Part shown: in pieces, positions 1 to 7,615 of the stretch | Numbering within the stretch: position 1 is the stretch's first letter | How the letters are laid out: each line of letters begins with the position of its first letter | Source of the DNA: Pseudoalteromonas translucida KMM 520 | Lineage (GTDB): Bacteria; Pseudomonadota; Gammaproteobacteria; Enterobacterales; Alteromonadaceae | NCBI RefSeq assembly: GCF_001465295.1 | Contig: NZ_CP011034.1 | Span: forward strand, 1,620,001-1,652,000 | Direction of reading: 5' to 3' | Length of the DNA stretch: 32,000 nt | Notes under the pieces: generated by a model | Told to the model about the DNA's origin: nothing | The model's input: only the letters and a program-made list of their open reading frames with translations | Database searches by the model: none | Program-made: the position numbers and the translations under genes

Positions 1-83
1 TCTGCAGGAATATAGCCGCGACTCGATTTTTTCATCCCAATTGTACCGCCAGTATAAGCGATGTAAATGCGTTTACGTTTCAT
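1..83 (-). CDS. ansA: L-asparaginase I, N-terminal fragment; the gene runs off the left edge of the window
   Basis: The reverse complement of 1-83 reads MKRKRIYIAYTGGTIGMKKSSRGYIPA. The IYxAYTGGTIGM block is the conserved N-terminal active-site motif of cytoplasmic type I asparaginase. sppA followed by ansA on the same strand matches E. coli. An in-frame stop lies 18 codons upstream, so the ATG at 83-81 is the start. The ORF track omits it because it is truncated. Confidence 0.75.
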   Translation of the reverse strand, partial: MKRKRIYIAYTGGTIGMKKSSRGYIPA

Positions 84-110
84 AAAAAAGCCCAGTAAAA
101 TAACTGGGCT
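84..110 (-). terminator. Intrinsic terminator downstream of sppA
   Basis: An 8-bp perfect stem (agcccagt / actgggct, 89-96 and 103-110) has a 6-nt loop. On the minus strand a T6 run (89-84) follows it and ends directly at the ansA ATG. Confidence 0.6.
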
Positions 111-154
111 TAGTATAACTTTAAATACAACTGCTTATAAAGGCAGATGCACTT

Positions 155-2020
155 TTATTGTGCGACAGAGCAAGCTAAACAGCGCGCATAAACACCTTGT
201 GGATCGTTATAATCTTTAAGGTTATCTATTTCGCTACTTAAACGCTTAACCACACTTTGTAAGTTAGCTTGCGTTGCAAGCACCGAGGTTGTTGCGTTGT
301 TACTGCCAAGCATTGACTTAACTGATGCGTTACCCAAAATATCTTGAATCATTTTTTGTTGCGGGCTCAAGCTTTGTTTAATCGTTTTCACATCGTAATG
401 ATTTAGTTTAGCAAGTGCTGCTGCCGCTTTAATTGCGTCTTGCTTATCACCTAGTTTATCGATTAAGCCTAGCTCTTGTGCTTTTGCTGCAATCCATACA
501 CGGCCTTGCGCTATATTATCAACTTGCTCAGGTGTCATGTTACGTGCATCTGCAACCACATCTAAAAAGCGTCCGTAGGCCTCCTCAACACTCATTTGAA
601 TTACTTGCGCCATTTTGTCATCAAGCGGGCGAGTAATAGAAAACCCAGCCATGTCGGTAGTTGCCACGCCATCCGAGTAAACACCAAGGTTAGATAAGGT
701 GTTTTCAAAGGTCATAAAGGTGCCAAATACGCCAATAGAGCCGGTAATTGTGCTTGGCGCAGCCCAAATTTCATTTGCTGCTGAAGCAATCCAATAACCG
801 CCAGAAGCTGCAACAGAGCTCATTGAAGCAATAACAGGTTTACCTGCTGCTTTAAGTGCTAACACTTCAGCGCGAATAACTTCAGAGGCAAACATACTGC
901 CGCCACCCGAATCAATGCGCAGTACTACAGCTTTAACTTTGTCATCTAAACGTGCATTACGTAGTAGCGCCGCTGTAGAGTCGCCGCCAATTTCACCGGC
1001 TTTGCGCTCGCCATCTACAATTGTACCTCTAGCAACAACTACCGCGACTTTTTCTGTCATTGGGTTATCAAATACAACAGGGGGCTTAACTAAGCTTAAA
1101 TATTGACGAAATGAAACTTGTTTAAAGGTTTTACCTTTTTCATCAGCGCCAACTAAATCAATTAATTGTTGGCGAACTTGTTGATTGGTTTTTAATGTGT
1201 CGACCCATTGATTATCAAGCGCATACTGACCCGCGTCGCCATTTGCGGCTGTCATTTTTGCTAAAAACACATCCATGGTTTCGTCAAAGTTTGATTCATC
1301 AAAAGGACGTACTGCAGCAACATCTTGTTTGTATTCATTCCAAAGTGCAGTTAACCATACGCGGTTAGCTTCTTTAGCTGCATCCGACATGTCATTGCGA
1401 ATAAACGGCTCAACAGCCGATTTAAACGTACCAACACGGAATATATGCTGTGTTACTTTTAACTTTTCAAGTGCTTCTTTAAAGTACAGTGGGTACATAC
1501 CAAAGCCTTCAATTGCTACACTGCCATAAGGGTGCATAGCAACTTCATCTGCATGTGCTGCAATATAGTATTGAGCTTGAGTATAGTAATAACCAGAGGC
1601 AATAACTTTTTTACCCGTTTGTTTAAATGCTTCAAGTGCCTTGGTAATTTGCTTTAATTTATTTAAATGCGCTTTTGGCATTTCTTGTAAATCTAACAGT
1701 ATTACGCTGATACGGTCATCTTTTGCGGCTTCATTAATAACCTCAACTATATCATCAAGTAAAATTTCACCCGGTGATTCAGCGTTTGAAGTAGCATCAC
1801 TAATTGCCGCTTCAATAGGATCTATGTAGGTTTTTTCTTCAACAATAGGGCCGTTTAGATTTAGTCTAAGTACTGAGCCATTTTCTACAATTATTTTATC
1901 GCCATCACTAGAAATAGACACAATAAAAACAATAACCAGTAATAAAAATAAAATGTTTAGTATTAAACGACGAGAAAAATTTATCCCAGTCCAAATACCT
2001 TTAAATACTTTTGCAATCAA
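155..2020 (-). CDS. sppA: Signal peptide peptidase A (protease IV, 67K type)
   Basis: The 621-aa ORF has an N-terminal TM segment and two tandem S49 peptidase/ClpP-fold halves (SGGYWIASAANEIWAAPSTITGSIGV-type motif). Length and architecture fit SppA. Confidence 0.93.
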   Translation of the reverse strand: MIAKVFKGIWTGINFSRRLILNILFLLLVIVFIVSISSDGDKIIVENGSVLRLNLNGPIVEEKTYIDPIEAAISDATSNAESPGEILLDDIVEVINEAAKDDRISVILLDLQEMPKAHLNKLKQITKALEAFKQTGKKVIASGYYYTQAQYYIAAHADEVAMHPYGSVAIEGFGMYPLYFKEALEKLKVTQHIFRVGTFKSAVEPFIRNDMSDAAKEANRVWLTALWNEYKQDVAAVRPFDESNFDETMDVFLAKMTAANGDAGQYALDNQWVDTLKTNQQVRQQLIDLVGADEKGKTFKQVSFRQYLSLVKPPVVFDNPMTEKVAVVVARGTIVDGERKAGEIGGDSTAALLRNARLDDKVKAVVLRIDSGGGSMFASEVIRAEVLALKAAGKPVIASMSSVAASGGYWIASAANEIWAAPSTITGSIGVFGTFMTFENTLSNLGVYSDGVATTDMAGFSITRPLDDKMAQVIQMSVEEAYGRFLDVVADARNMTPEQVDNIAQGRVWIAAKAQELGLIDKLGDKQDAIKAAAALAKLNHYDVKTIKQSLSPQQKMIQDILGNASVKSMLGSNNATTSVLATQANLQSVVKRLSSEIDNLKDYNDPQGVYARCLACSVAQ

Positions 2021-2306
2021 AATAGATCCTTAATTTGGTACAACTAATACATTACAAGCATCTTAGCTCAGAATATAAATAAATTTAACTGCTAAATCGT
2101 AACGAAGTATTTATAAAGCTAATTATGCCACTGTTGCTATTCACATTTTTATCAAAATAAACTTCAATTTCGTTTTTTGGAATTTAAAAAGTAGGCTTGC
2201 AATAGCCGAAAAATGGGTATTGTTAGCCTAATGTGTAACAGTTTATTAAAATACTAAGTTCAGATATTGCTTATTGGTCGGTATTAAAGCAGAATTGATC
2301 AATGCA

Positions 2307-2323
2307 CACAGGTTAGACCAGTT
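2307..2323 (-). promoter_or_regulatory. Putative FadR operator in the fadH leader
   Basis: The reverse complement of 2307-2323 is AACTGGTCTAACCTGTG. By hand this matches 14 of 17 positions of the FadR consensus ANCTGGTCCGAYNTGTT. It lies 14 nt upstream of the ATG at 2337. Confidence 0.4.
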
Positions 2324-2336
2324 AATGGGGCACAGG

Positions 2337-4298
2337 ATGTTAGAACAACAATTACAATTAAAACACACACAATTACGTAACCGCTTAGTAATGGGCTCAA
2401 TGCACACCGGCCTTGAAGAAGGTTGGCACAACCGCAAACGCCTACGTGCCTTTTACGAAGCACGTGCTAAAGGTGGTACTGCCATGTTAATTACCGGGGG
2501 CTATAGCCCAAATTTACGCGGTAAATTAACGCCTATTTCGTCATCCTTTAATAGTTATTACGATGTTTTTAAACATCGTGCTTACACCAACGCAGTACAT
2601 AAACATGGTGGCAAAATATGTTTGCAACTACTTCACGCCGGGCGTTATGCGTATCACCCTTTTAATCAAGCTCCGAGCGCAATTAAAGCACCTATTAGTC
2701 CTTATAAGCCAAAGGCAATGTCGTTAAGCTCAATTAAAAAAACCATTAAAGACTTTGCACATTCAGCCTACATGGCTGAATGTGCAGGTTACGATGGCGT
2801 TGAAGTAATGGGCTCTGAAGGGTATTTAATTAACGAGTTTATGGCGCCGTATACTAATAAACGAGACGATGAGTTTGGTGGCAGTTTAGAAAATAGAATG
2901 CGTTTAGCCGTTGAAATAGTTAAAGCGGTTAGGGCTAAGGTATCGGAGCAGTTTTTAATTATTTTTAGGCTGTCGGTTATGGATTTAATTCCTAATGGCT
3001 CGACCCCTGACGAAGTAACTATTCAAGCGCTTGAACTTGAAAAAGCGGGTGTTGATATTTTTAATACTGGAATAGGGTGGCACGAAGCGCGAGTTCCTAC
3101 AATTGCTAGTATGGTTCCGCCTGGGGCGTTTAAAGAAGCATCAAAACGCTTAAAAGATGTCATTAAAGTACCTGTTATAGCGGTAAACCGTATTAACACC
3201 CCAGAAATAGCTAACGAAATACTAAACGCAGGCGATGCCGACTTAATTTCGATGGCGCGGCCTTTACTGGCTGATCCGGAATTTTTCAATAAATATAATA
3301 ATCAGTTATCAAAGCATATTAATATTTGTATAGGGTGTAACCAAGGGTGTTTAGATCACGTATTTAAAGGTAAACGTGCTACTTGTTTAGTTAACCCACA
3401 AGCAGCTTTTGAACTTGACTACCCACTAGAAAAAACCACTAAAGCTAAAAAGGTATTAGTAGTTGGTGCAGGGCCTGCGGGTTTATCATCAAGTTGTTAT
3501 TTGGCAGAAAAAGGCCATACGGTAACGCTGATTGATCAAAAAATGCAAATGGGTGGCCAATTCAATTTAGCCATGCAAATACCTGGAAAAGAAGACTTTA
3601 ATCATACCTTAGCGTATTACACTAATGAGCTTGAGCGTTTAAACGTAACGGTTGAGTTAGGTAAAGCATACAACGACAGCATGCTTGCACACTATGATGA
3701 CATTGTATTTGCCACAGGGGTAAGGCCGCGTGAGGCAAGTATTGAATGCAGTGATGGTAAACGCGTATTTGCCTACGATGAAGTTATTCGTGGTGAAGTA
3801 GAGTTAGGTAAATCAATTGCTATATTAGGCGCCGGTGGAATCGGGTTTGATATGGTGGCTTTTTTAAGCGAGCAAAAGTCGCAAAGTATTAGTGACTTTA
3901 AAAGCCAGTGGGGTATTGAGTGCGAAGCTAAACCCCATAAAGATGATCGCCAACTGTATATGTTAAAGCGCAGTGCAGGGCGCTTTGGTAGTGATTTGGG
4001 TAAAACAACAGGCTGGATACATCGCCAAGTAGCTAAACAACATAGCGTTAAACAAATTGCTGATTGTCAGTACCATAGTTTTGATAAAAATGGTTTAACC
4101 GTTACGGTTGCAGGAGATAAGCAAGTATTAGCTGTAGATACTGTGATTGCCTGTATTGGTCAGGTTTCTAATAATGAAGTATTGGCAAATCAAAGCGACA
4201 ACGCCAAAGTGCATGTTATTGGGGGGGCTAAGCTTGCCACCGCAATTGATGCCAAACGTGCTATTTATGAAGCGCTGCAAATTGCCAGAGAGATATAA
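2337..4298 (+). CDS. fadH: 2,4-dienoyl-CoA reductase [NADPH], OYE/TIM-barrel N-domain plus FAD/NADPH C-domain
   Basis: The sequence LRNRLVMGSMHTGLEE..., a 4Fe-4S Cys cluster (CIGCNQGCLD) and a GAGPAG Rossmann motif fit FadH. The track ORF starts at 2274. Alignment with the E. coli FadH N-terminus and the operator at 2307-2323 favour the ATG at 2337 (MLEQQLQLKHTQLRNRLVMGSMHTG). Confidence 0.92.
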   Translation: MLEQQLQLKHTQLRNRLVMGSMHTGLEEGWHNRKRLRAFYEARAKGGTAMLITGGYSPNLRGKLTPISSSFNSYYDVFKHRAYTNAVHKHGGKICLQLLHAGRYAYHPFNQAPSAIKAPISPYKPKAMSLSSIKKTIKDFAHSAYMAECAGYDGVEVMGSEGYLINEFMAPYTNKRDDEFGGSLENRMRLAVEIVKAVRAKVSEQFLIIFRLSVMDLIPNGSTPDEVTIQALELEKAGVDIFNTGIGWHEARVPTIASMVPPGAFKEASKRLKDVIKVPVIAVNRINTPEIANEILNAGDADLISMARPLLADPEFFNKYNNQLSKHINICIGCNQGCLDHVFKGKRATCLVNPQAAFELDYPLEKTTKAKKVLVVGAGPAGLSSSCYLAEKGHTVTLIDQKMQMGGQFNLAMQIPGKEDFNHTLAYYTNELERLNVTVELGKAYNDSMLAHYDDIVFATGVRPREASIECSDGKRVFAYDEVIRGEVELGKSIAILGAGGIGFDMVAFLSEQKSQSISDFKSQWGIECEAKPHKDDRQLYMLKRSAGRFGSDLGKTTGWIHRQVAKQHSVKQIADCQYHSFDKNGLTVTVAGDKQVLAVDTVIACIGQVSNNEVLANQSDNAKVHVIGGAKLATAIDAKRAIYEALQIAREI

Positions 4299-4356
4299 CA
4301 CCCCAGCTTAACCAATAGGTTAGTCTGCTTGTTATAACCAATTAGCTACTGCATAC

Positions 4357-4396
4357 TATACCCCGCTATTAAGGCGGGGTATAAGTTTATCCCGCC
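4357..4396 (+). terminator. GC-rich stem-loop(s) downstream of fadH, possibly a weak terminator
   Basis: taTACCCCGC-tattaag-GCGGGGTAta forms a 10-bp stem (4357-4383). The GGCGGG segment can instead pair with CCCGCC at 4391-4396. Only a short T run follows. Confidence 0.4.
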
Positions 4397-4511
4397 TGTA
4401 AATATACAGCTTAGGCTGTTTATCTATTATTCTTGCTAAAGTGAGCACTGATATTACAGCGCTTTATTTTTCTATGTTAAATCAATGCTATGCTAGCTTT
4501 TATTTTGAGAG

Positions 4512-5066
4512 ATGGTTATGAACGCGATTGAATTATTATTGACCCGTCAATCTGACGCCAAATTAACAGAGCCAGGCCCTAATGAAGAGCAACTCGCAGT
4601 GATCCAGCAAGCTGCGCTGCGTGTTCCCGATCATGGTTGTATTGCACCTTGGCAATTTATTGTTGTAGAGGGTGATGCGCGCCATAAATTAGGCGACATT
4701 TTTCAGCAAAGTGCAATTGCAGAGCAACAAGCTGAAAAAATGATTGAGCGTACTAAAGAGCATCCGTTGCGCGCGCCTATGATTATTATTGCTATAGCAA
4801 AGTATCAAGAACACCCAAAAGTCCCTCGAATTGAGCAAATACAAAGCGCAGGGTGTAGCGTGTTTGCTATGCAACAAGCGGCTTTTGCACAAGGGCTTAG
4901 TGGTATTTGGCGAACTGGTTTTTTTGCGCAAAGCCCTGCAGTTAAACAGGCATTAAAATTAAATGAGCAAGACGAAATAGTAGGCTATTTGTATTTAGGC
5001 ACACCTGCTGTTGAGTGTAAAAAGTCGCCTCGTCATAAAGCTGCTGATTTTTTCAGCTACTTATAA
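4512..5066 (+). CDS. ydjA: NAD(P)H nitroreductase, YdjA-like
   Basis: The 184-aa ORF resembles E. coli YdjA along its whole length, from memory (ELLLTRQS..., PDHG..PW.F.V, RAP..I....K....KVPR.EQ..SAGC...MQ.AA.AQG..GIWR.G, IVG.LYLGTP). The start could be the ATG at 4518. Confidence 0.8.
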   Translation: MVMNAIELLLTRQSDAKLTEPGPNEEQLAVIQQAALRVPDHGCIAPWQFIVVEGDARHKLGDIFQQSAIAEQQAEKMIERTKEHPLRAPMIIIAIAKYQEHPKVPRIEQIQSAGCSVFAMQQAAFAQGLSGIWRTGFFAQSPAVKQALKLNEQDEIVGYLYLGTPAVECKKSPRHKAADFFSYL

Positions 5067-5135
5067 AATAAGATGAACTTTTTGCCCTACTTATACTCAT
5101 ACACCATTAACGCTTGTATGTTAAAGTAGATGTGT

Positions 5136-5298
5136 AACTGAACTCTTGATAATAAATTTATCTCAAGCAGCTATTTTCAGCGTTAACTGCGTTGAATTTA
5201 CTTGCAATAGGCCACTGAAAATCTCTGGCTAGAGAAAATACGTTTAAATATCATTATTATTAAAGTTGTTAGTAAATATCTTAACCAGAGTTCATGTT
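5136..5298. repeat. Fold-back (MITE-like) intergenic repeat, copy A (163 bp)
   Basis: Imperfect terminal inverted repeats: AACTGAACTCTTGATAA (5136-5152) versus the reverse complement of TTAACCAGAGTTCATGTT (5281-5298). The internal arms are also complementary (ctcaagcagctattttcag / ctgaaaatctctggctagag). The element is homologous to 7285-7479, with about 144 of 164 aligned columns identical by hand count. Confidence 0.75.
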
Positions 5299-5431
5299 AA
5301 GTAGTTTAGCTGTGAGAAGTGCTAGGATGCGTAATCTATAAAACTCCTTCTGCAGTTTGTTTTTTAATCGATTGTTTTTTGATAAAGTATGGAAAGTCTT
5401 AATAAAAACAAAGATAAAGAAGACGAAATTA

Positions 5432-5809
5432 ATGGGAAATTTATTTTTACGTGAAAAAGAAAGTTGGCTAGCCTGGTCTTTTTGGGGCGCCATAGGCGCT
5501 TTAATAACCCTTTATGTTGCAATGAGTACCAGTAAAGCACATTTTATTGTTGCCTCATCAATGGCTGTATTAGTTGTTTTAACCTGGTGGATGCAACAAT
5601 CTAAACGCTATGACTTTGGTCGTGCATTTAAAATATGTTGTTATGTGTTATTACTAACCGTATTGCCTGCATTTGTGGTTGTAGTAGTACCTAATGATGA
5701 TTTAAATCGATTTGATTTAATATTTCAAAGTGTAACATTTTTAACTTTAAGTTTATTTGTGTGTTTGCTTTGTTCTTGGATTGCACGCAGGCCAAAGCAA
5801 TATTACTAA
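5432..5809 (+). CDS. Hypothetical small membrane protein (about 4 predicted TM segments)
   Basis: I prefer the ATG at 5432 (MGNLFLREKESWLAW...) within the 5357-5809 ORF, because the upstream part is low-complexity. Hydrophobic segments are evident. I recognise no family and the SD is weak. Confidence 0.45.
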   Translation: MGNLFLREKESWLAWSFWGAIGALITLYVAMSTSKAHFIVASSMAVLVVLTWWMQQSKRYDFGRAFKICCYVLLLTVLPAFVVVVVPNDDLNRFDLIFQSVTFLTLSLFVCLLCSWIARRPKQYY

Positions 5810-5923
5810 AATAAACACCTTTGTTAAATTTAGCAGTCGCTAAATTAATAACCCTTGGTATTTTAATAGATTGCTTTAATTTTAAGCATAAAATTATTTT
5901 TAACGATTTTATGCTTTTAAGCC

Positions 5924-5952
5924 TTTACAAACTTGGCATTTCCCCCTATTAT
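5924..5952 (+). promoter_or_regulatory. Sigma70-type promoter for tRNA-Ser
   Basis: TTTACA (5924-5929), a 17-nt spacer and TATTAT (5947-5952) are followed by a GC-rich discriminator, tcgcgcc, typical of stable-RNA promoters. The mature tRNA 5' end lies 12 nt downstream. Confidence 0.5.
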
Positions 5953-5963
5953 TCGCGCCGTGC

Positions 5964-6054
5964 GGAGAGATGGCAGAGTGGTCGAATGCACCGGTCTTGA
6001 AAACCGGCATGGGTTTATAGCCCATCTAGGGTTCAAATCCCTATCTCTCCACCA
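5964..6054 (+). tRNA. tRNA-Ser (anticodon UGA), class II with long variable arm, encoded CCA
   Basis: Hand-folded. Acceptor GGAGAGA/TCTCTCC. Anticodon stem CCGGT/ACCGG with loop CTTGAAA, giving anticodon TGA. Long variable arm GGGTTTATAGCCC. T arm TAGGG-TTCAAAT-CCCTA. Discriminator A followed by CCA. Confidence 0.93.
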
Positions 6055-6060
6055 TTATTT

Positions 6061-6088
6061 AAAAAAACCGCCTTATTGGCGGTTTTTT
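6061..6088 (+). terminator. Intrinsic terminator after tRNA-Ser
   Basis: aaaaaaaCCGCC-ttatt-GGCGGtttttt. An A tract and a T tract flank the stem, so it could work in both directions. Confidence 0.8.
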
Positions 6089-6104
6089 GCTTTGTGGAAC
6101 TTGT

Positions 6105-6491
6105 ATGTCAAAATCAACTAACCTTTCAACCTCACAGCAATTAATTAAACACGTTTTATTATGGATTGTGTTTGCTTATTTATATCAAAGTGCAATAAGT
6201 TTATTAGTCAAAATGGCACTTGATGCGCAACCAAATAACCCTGTTATTACCGCTTTTGTTTATGCCCTCGGTTTTAATATTTTAGTGGCTCATTTAATTA
6301 CTAAATACGATAAATTTTGGCCGGTTATTGGCTCAGTATTTATAGGTTTAGTTGGGCTTGTGGTAATTCCGTTTTTATTATTTGGTGCCAGTGGATTACT
6401 CACTTTAGCGCTGCTTGCTGGAATTTTATGCAGTTTACCGGTGAGTACCTATATTGTTGGCCTAATTAAAGTAAAACACAGCAAAAACTAG
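6105..6491 (+). CDS. Hypothetical small membrane protein (about 4 predicted TM segments)
   Basis: I prefer the ATG at 6105 (MSKSTNLSTSQQ...), because the track start at 6087 lies inside the tRNA terminator T tract. The protein is strongly hydrophobic. I recognise no family. Confidence 0.45.
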   Translation: MSKSTNLSTSQQLIKHVLLWIVFAYLYQSAISLLVKMALDAQPNNPVITAFVYALGFNILVAHLITKYDKFWPVIGSVFIGLVGLVVIPFLLFGASGLLTLALLAGILCSLPVSTYIVGLIKVKHSKN

Positions 6492-6560
6492 CCCCAAAGC
6501 GGGTTTATTTTGTGATAGCATAGTCGCGTCTTTTAACTAACAAAACGTGAAAAACACATT

Positions 6561-7181
6561 ATGTCAGATAATTTTACTACAGATGCTGAAAAAGCAAGTT
6601 ACGGTATTGGTTTACAAATGGGTGAGCAACTTAAGTCTAATCCTTTTGAAGGCTTAAACCTAAATTCAGTGTTTGAAGGCATGAAAGATGCGTACGCAGG
6701 TAGCGCTTTTCAAGTTGAGATCCCTGAGATCCAAGCTGCTTTTGAAAAAATCAATGAAGAAATTCAAGCTCGTCGTGAGCAAGAATCACAAGTACTTGCT
6801 GCTGAAGGCATTGCATTTTTAGAAGAAAATGCAAAACGTCCTGAAATCACAGTAACTGAGTCAGGTCTTCAATACGAAGTAATTACTACAGGTGAAGGCG
6901 ATAAGCCAACAGCTGAGTCTACTGTACGTGTTGATTACCACGGTACATTAATTAACGGTACTGTTTTTGATAGCTCATACGAGCGCGGTCAACCTGCTGA
7001 ATTCCCAGTAGGTGGCGTGATCAAAGGCTGGACTGAAGCATTACAAATGATGCCAGCGGGTACTAAATGGCGTCTTTACGTTCCTCATGACCTTGCTTAT
7101 GGTGAACGTGGTGCCGGTGCTGCAATCGCACCTTACTCAACACTAGTATTTGATGTTGAGCTACACGAAATTATTGCTTAA
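6561..7181 (+). CDS. fklB: FKBP-type peptidyl-prolyl cis-trans isomerase
   Basis: The ORF is 206 aa, the same length as E. coli FklB. ASYGIGLQ.G.QL sits at the N-terminus. The C-terminal FKBP domain reads V.YHGTLI.GTVFDSS..RG.PAEFPV.GVI.GW.EAL..MP.G.KW.L..P..LAYGERGAGA.I.P.STLVF.VEL. Confidence 0.9.
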   Translation: MSDNFTTDAEKASYGIGLQMGEQLKSNPFEGLNLNSVFEGMKDAYAGSAFQVEIPEIQAAFEKINEEIQARREQESQVLAAEGIAFLEENAKRPEITVTESGLQYEVITTGEGDKPTAESTVRVDYHGTLINGTVFDSSYERGQPAEFPVGGVIKGWTEALQMMPAGTKWRLYVPHDLAYGERGAGAAIAPYSTLVFDVELHEIIA

Positions 7182-7200
7182 GTTTTCTTAAACAATAAAT

Positions 7201-7237
7201 AAAAAACCGCACTCATTAAATTGAATGCGGTTTTTTT
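7201..7237 (+). terminator. Intrinsic terminator after fklB
   Basis: An A6 run precedes the stem accgcactca/tgaatgcggt (one mismatch), and T7 follows it. Confidence 0.8.
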
Positions 7238-7284
7238 GTGTCTAGCGGTATATTTAACTTTTTATTTGCTCATCTATGCTTATC

Positions 7285-7479
7285 AACCTGAGCTCCGGAT
7301 AATAAACTTATCTCAAGCAGCTATTTTCAGCGCTAACTGCGTTGAATTTTCTTGCAATAGGCCAGCTATTGACGCGTAAATTCGCCTTGTTTTCACTGAA
7401 AACCTCTGGCTAGAGAAAATAAAATTAAATATAAATATGATTCAATACGTTAGTAAATCTCTTAACCAGAGTTCAGGTT
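7285..7479. repeat. Fold-back (MITE-like) intergenic repeat, copy B (195 bp)
   Basis: The TIRs are AACCTGAGCTCCGGATAA (7285-7302) and the reverse complement of TTAACCAGAGTTCAGGTT (7462-7479), 15 of 18 complementary. It has the same orientation as copy A. A 31-nt internal insertion (7365-7395) partly repeats neighbouring element sequence. Confidence 0.75.
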
Positions 7480-7556
7480 TATTCTTTTCTTTTTGTGAAA
7501 AGTATTTAAAGTGAAATATGTATAAAGAAGATGTAAAACACTGCACTTTAGCAAGC

Positions 7557-7587
7557 AATAAGCCCCAGCATAGCAAGGGGGCTTATT
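7557..7587 (-). terminator. Stem-loop downstream of the TonB-dependent receptor gene
   Basis: aataagcccc / ggggcttatt forms a 10-bp stem with a loop of about 11 nt, 29 nt past the stop codon. No clear T tract follows on the minus strand. Confidence 0.35.
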
Positions 7588-7615
7588 AATGATTAGCGGT
7601 AGTTAAAGTATATTG

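Noticed and set aside
433-1829. Four plus-strand ORFs antisense to sppA, and similar antisense ORFs in fadH, gyrA, aroA, cmk and lapB
   Set aside because: All sit inside well-supported genes on the opposite strand, are only 60-100 codons long and have no RBS. I treat them as noise.
2246-2437. A Cys-rich 63-aa minus-strand ORF overlapping the fadH start region
   Set aside because: It overlaps the fadH 5' coding sequence and leader on the opposite strand and has no translation signals. It is probably spurious.
5281-5493. A 70-aa minus-strand ORF starting opposite the hypothetical membrane-protein gene and ending in repeat copy A
   Set aside because: It ends inside the MITE-like element, is low-complexity and basic, and has no RBS.
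5933-6121. A 62-aa ORF spanning the tRNA-Ser gene
   Set aside because: It reads straight through a tRNA that folds perfectly and through its terminator, so it is not coding.
5964-7284. A possible genomic island integrated at tRNA-Ser
   Set aside because: There is no integrase, no duplicated tRNA 3' end (att) and no phage or plasmid genes. The downstream genes, including fklB, are ordinary core genes.
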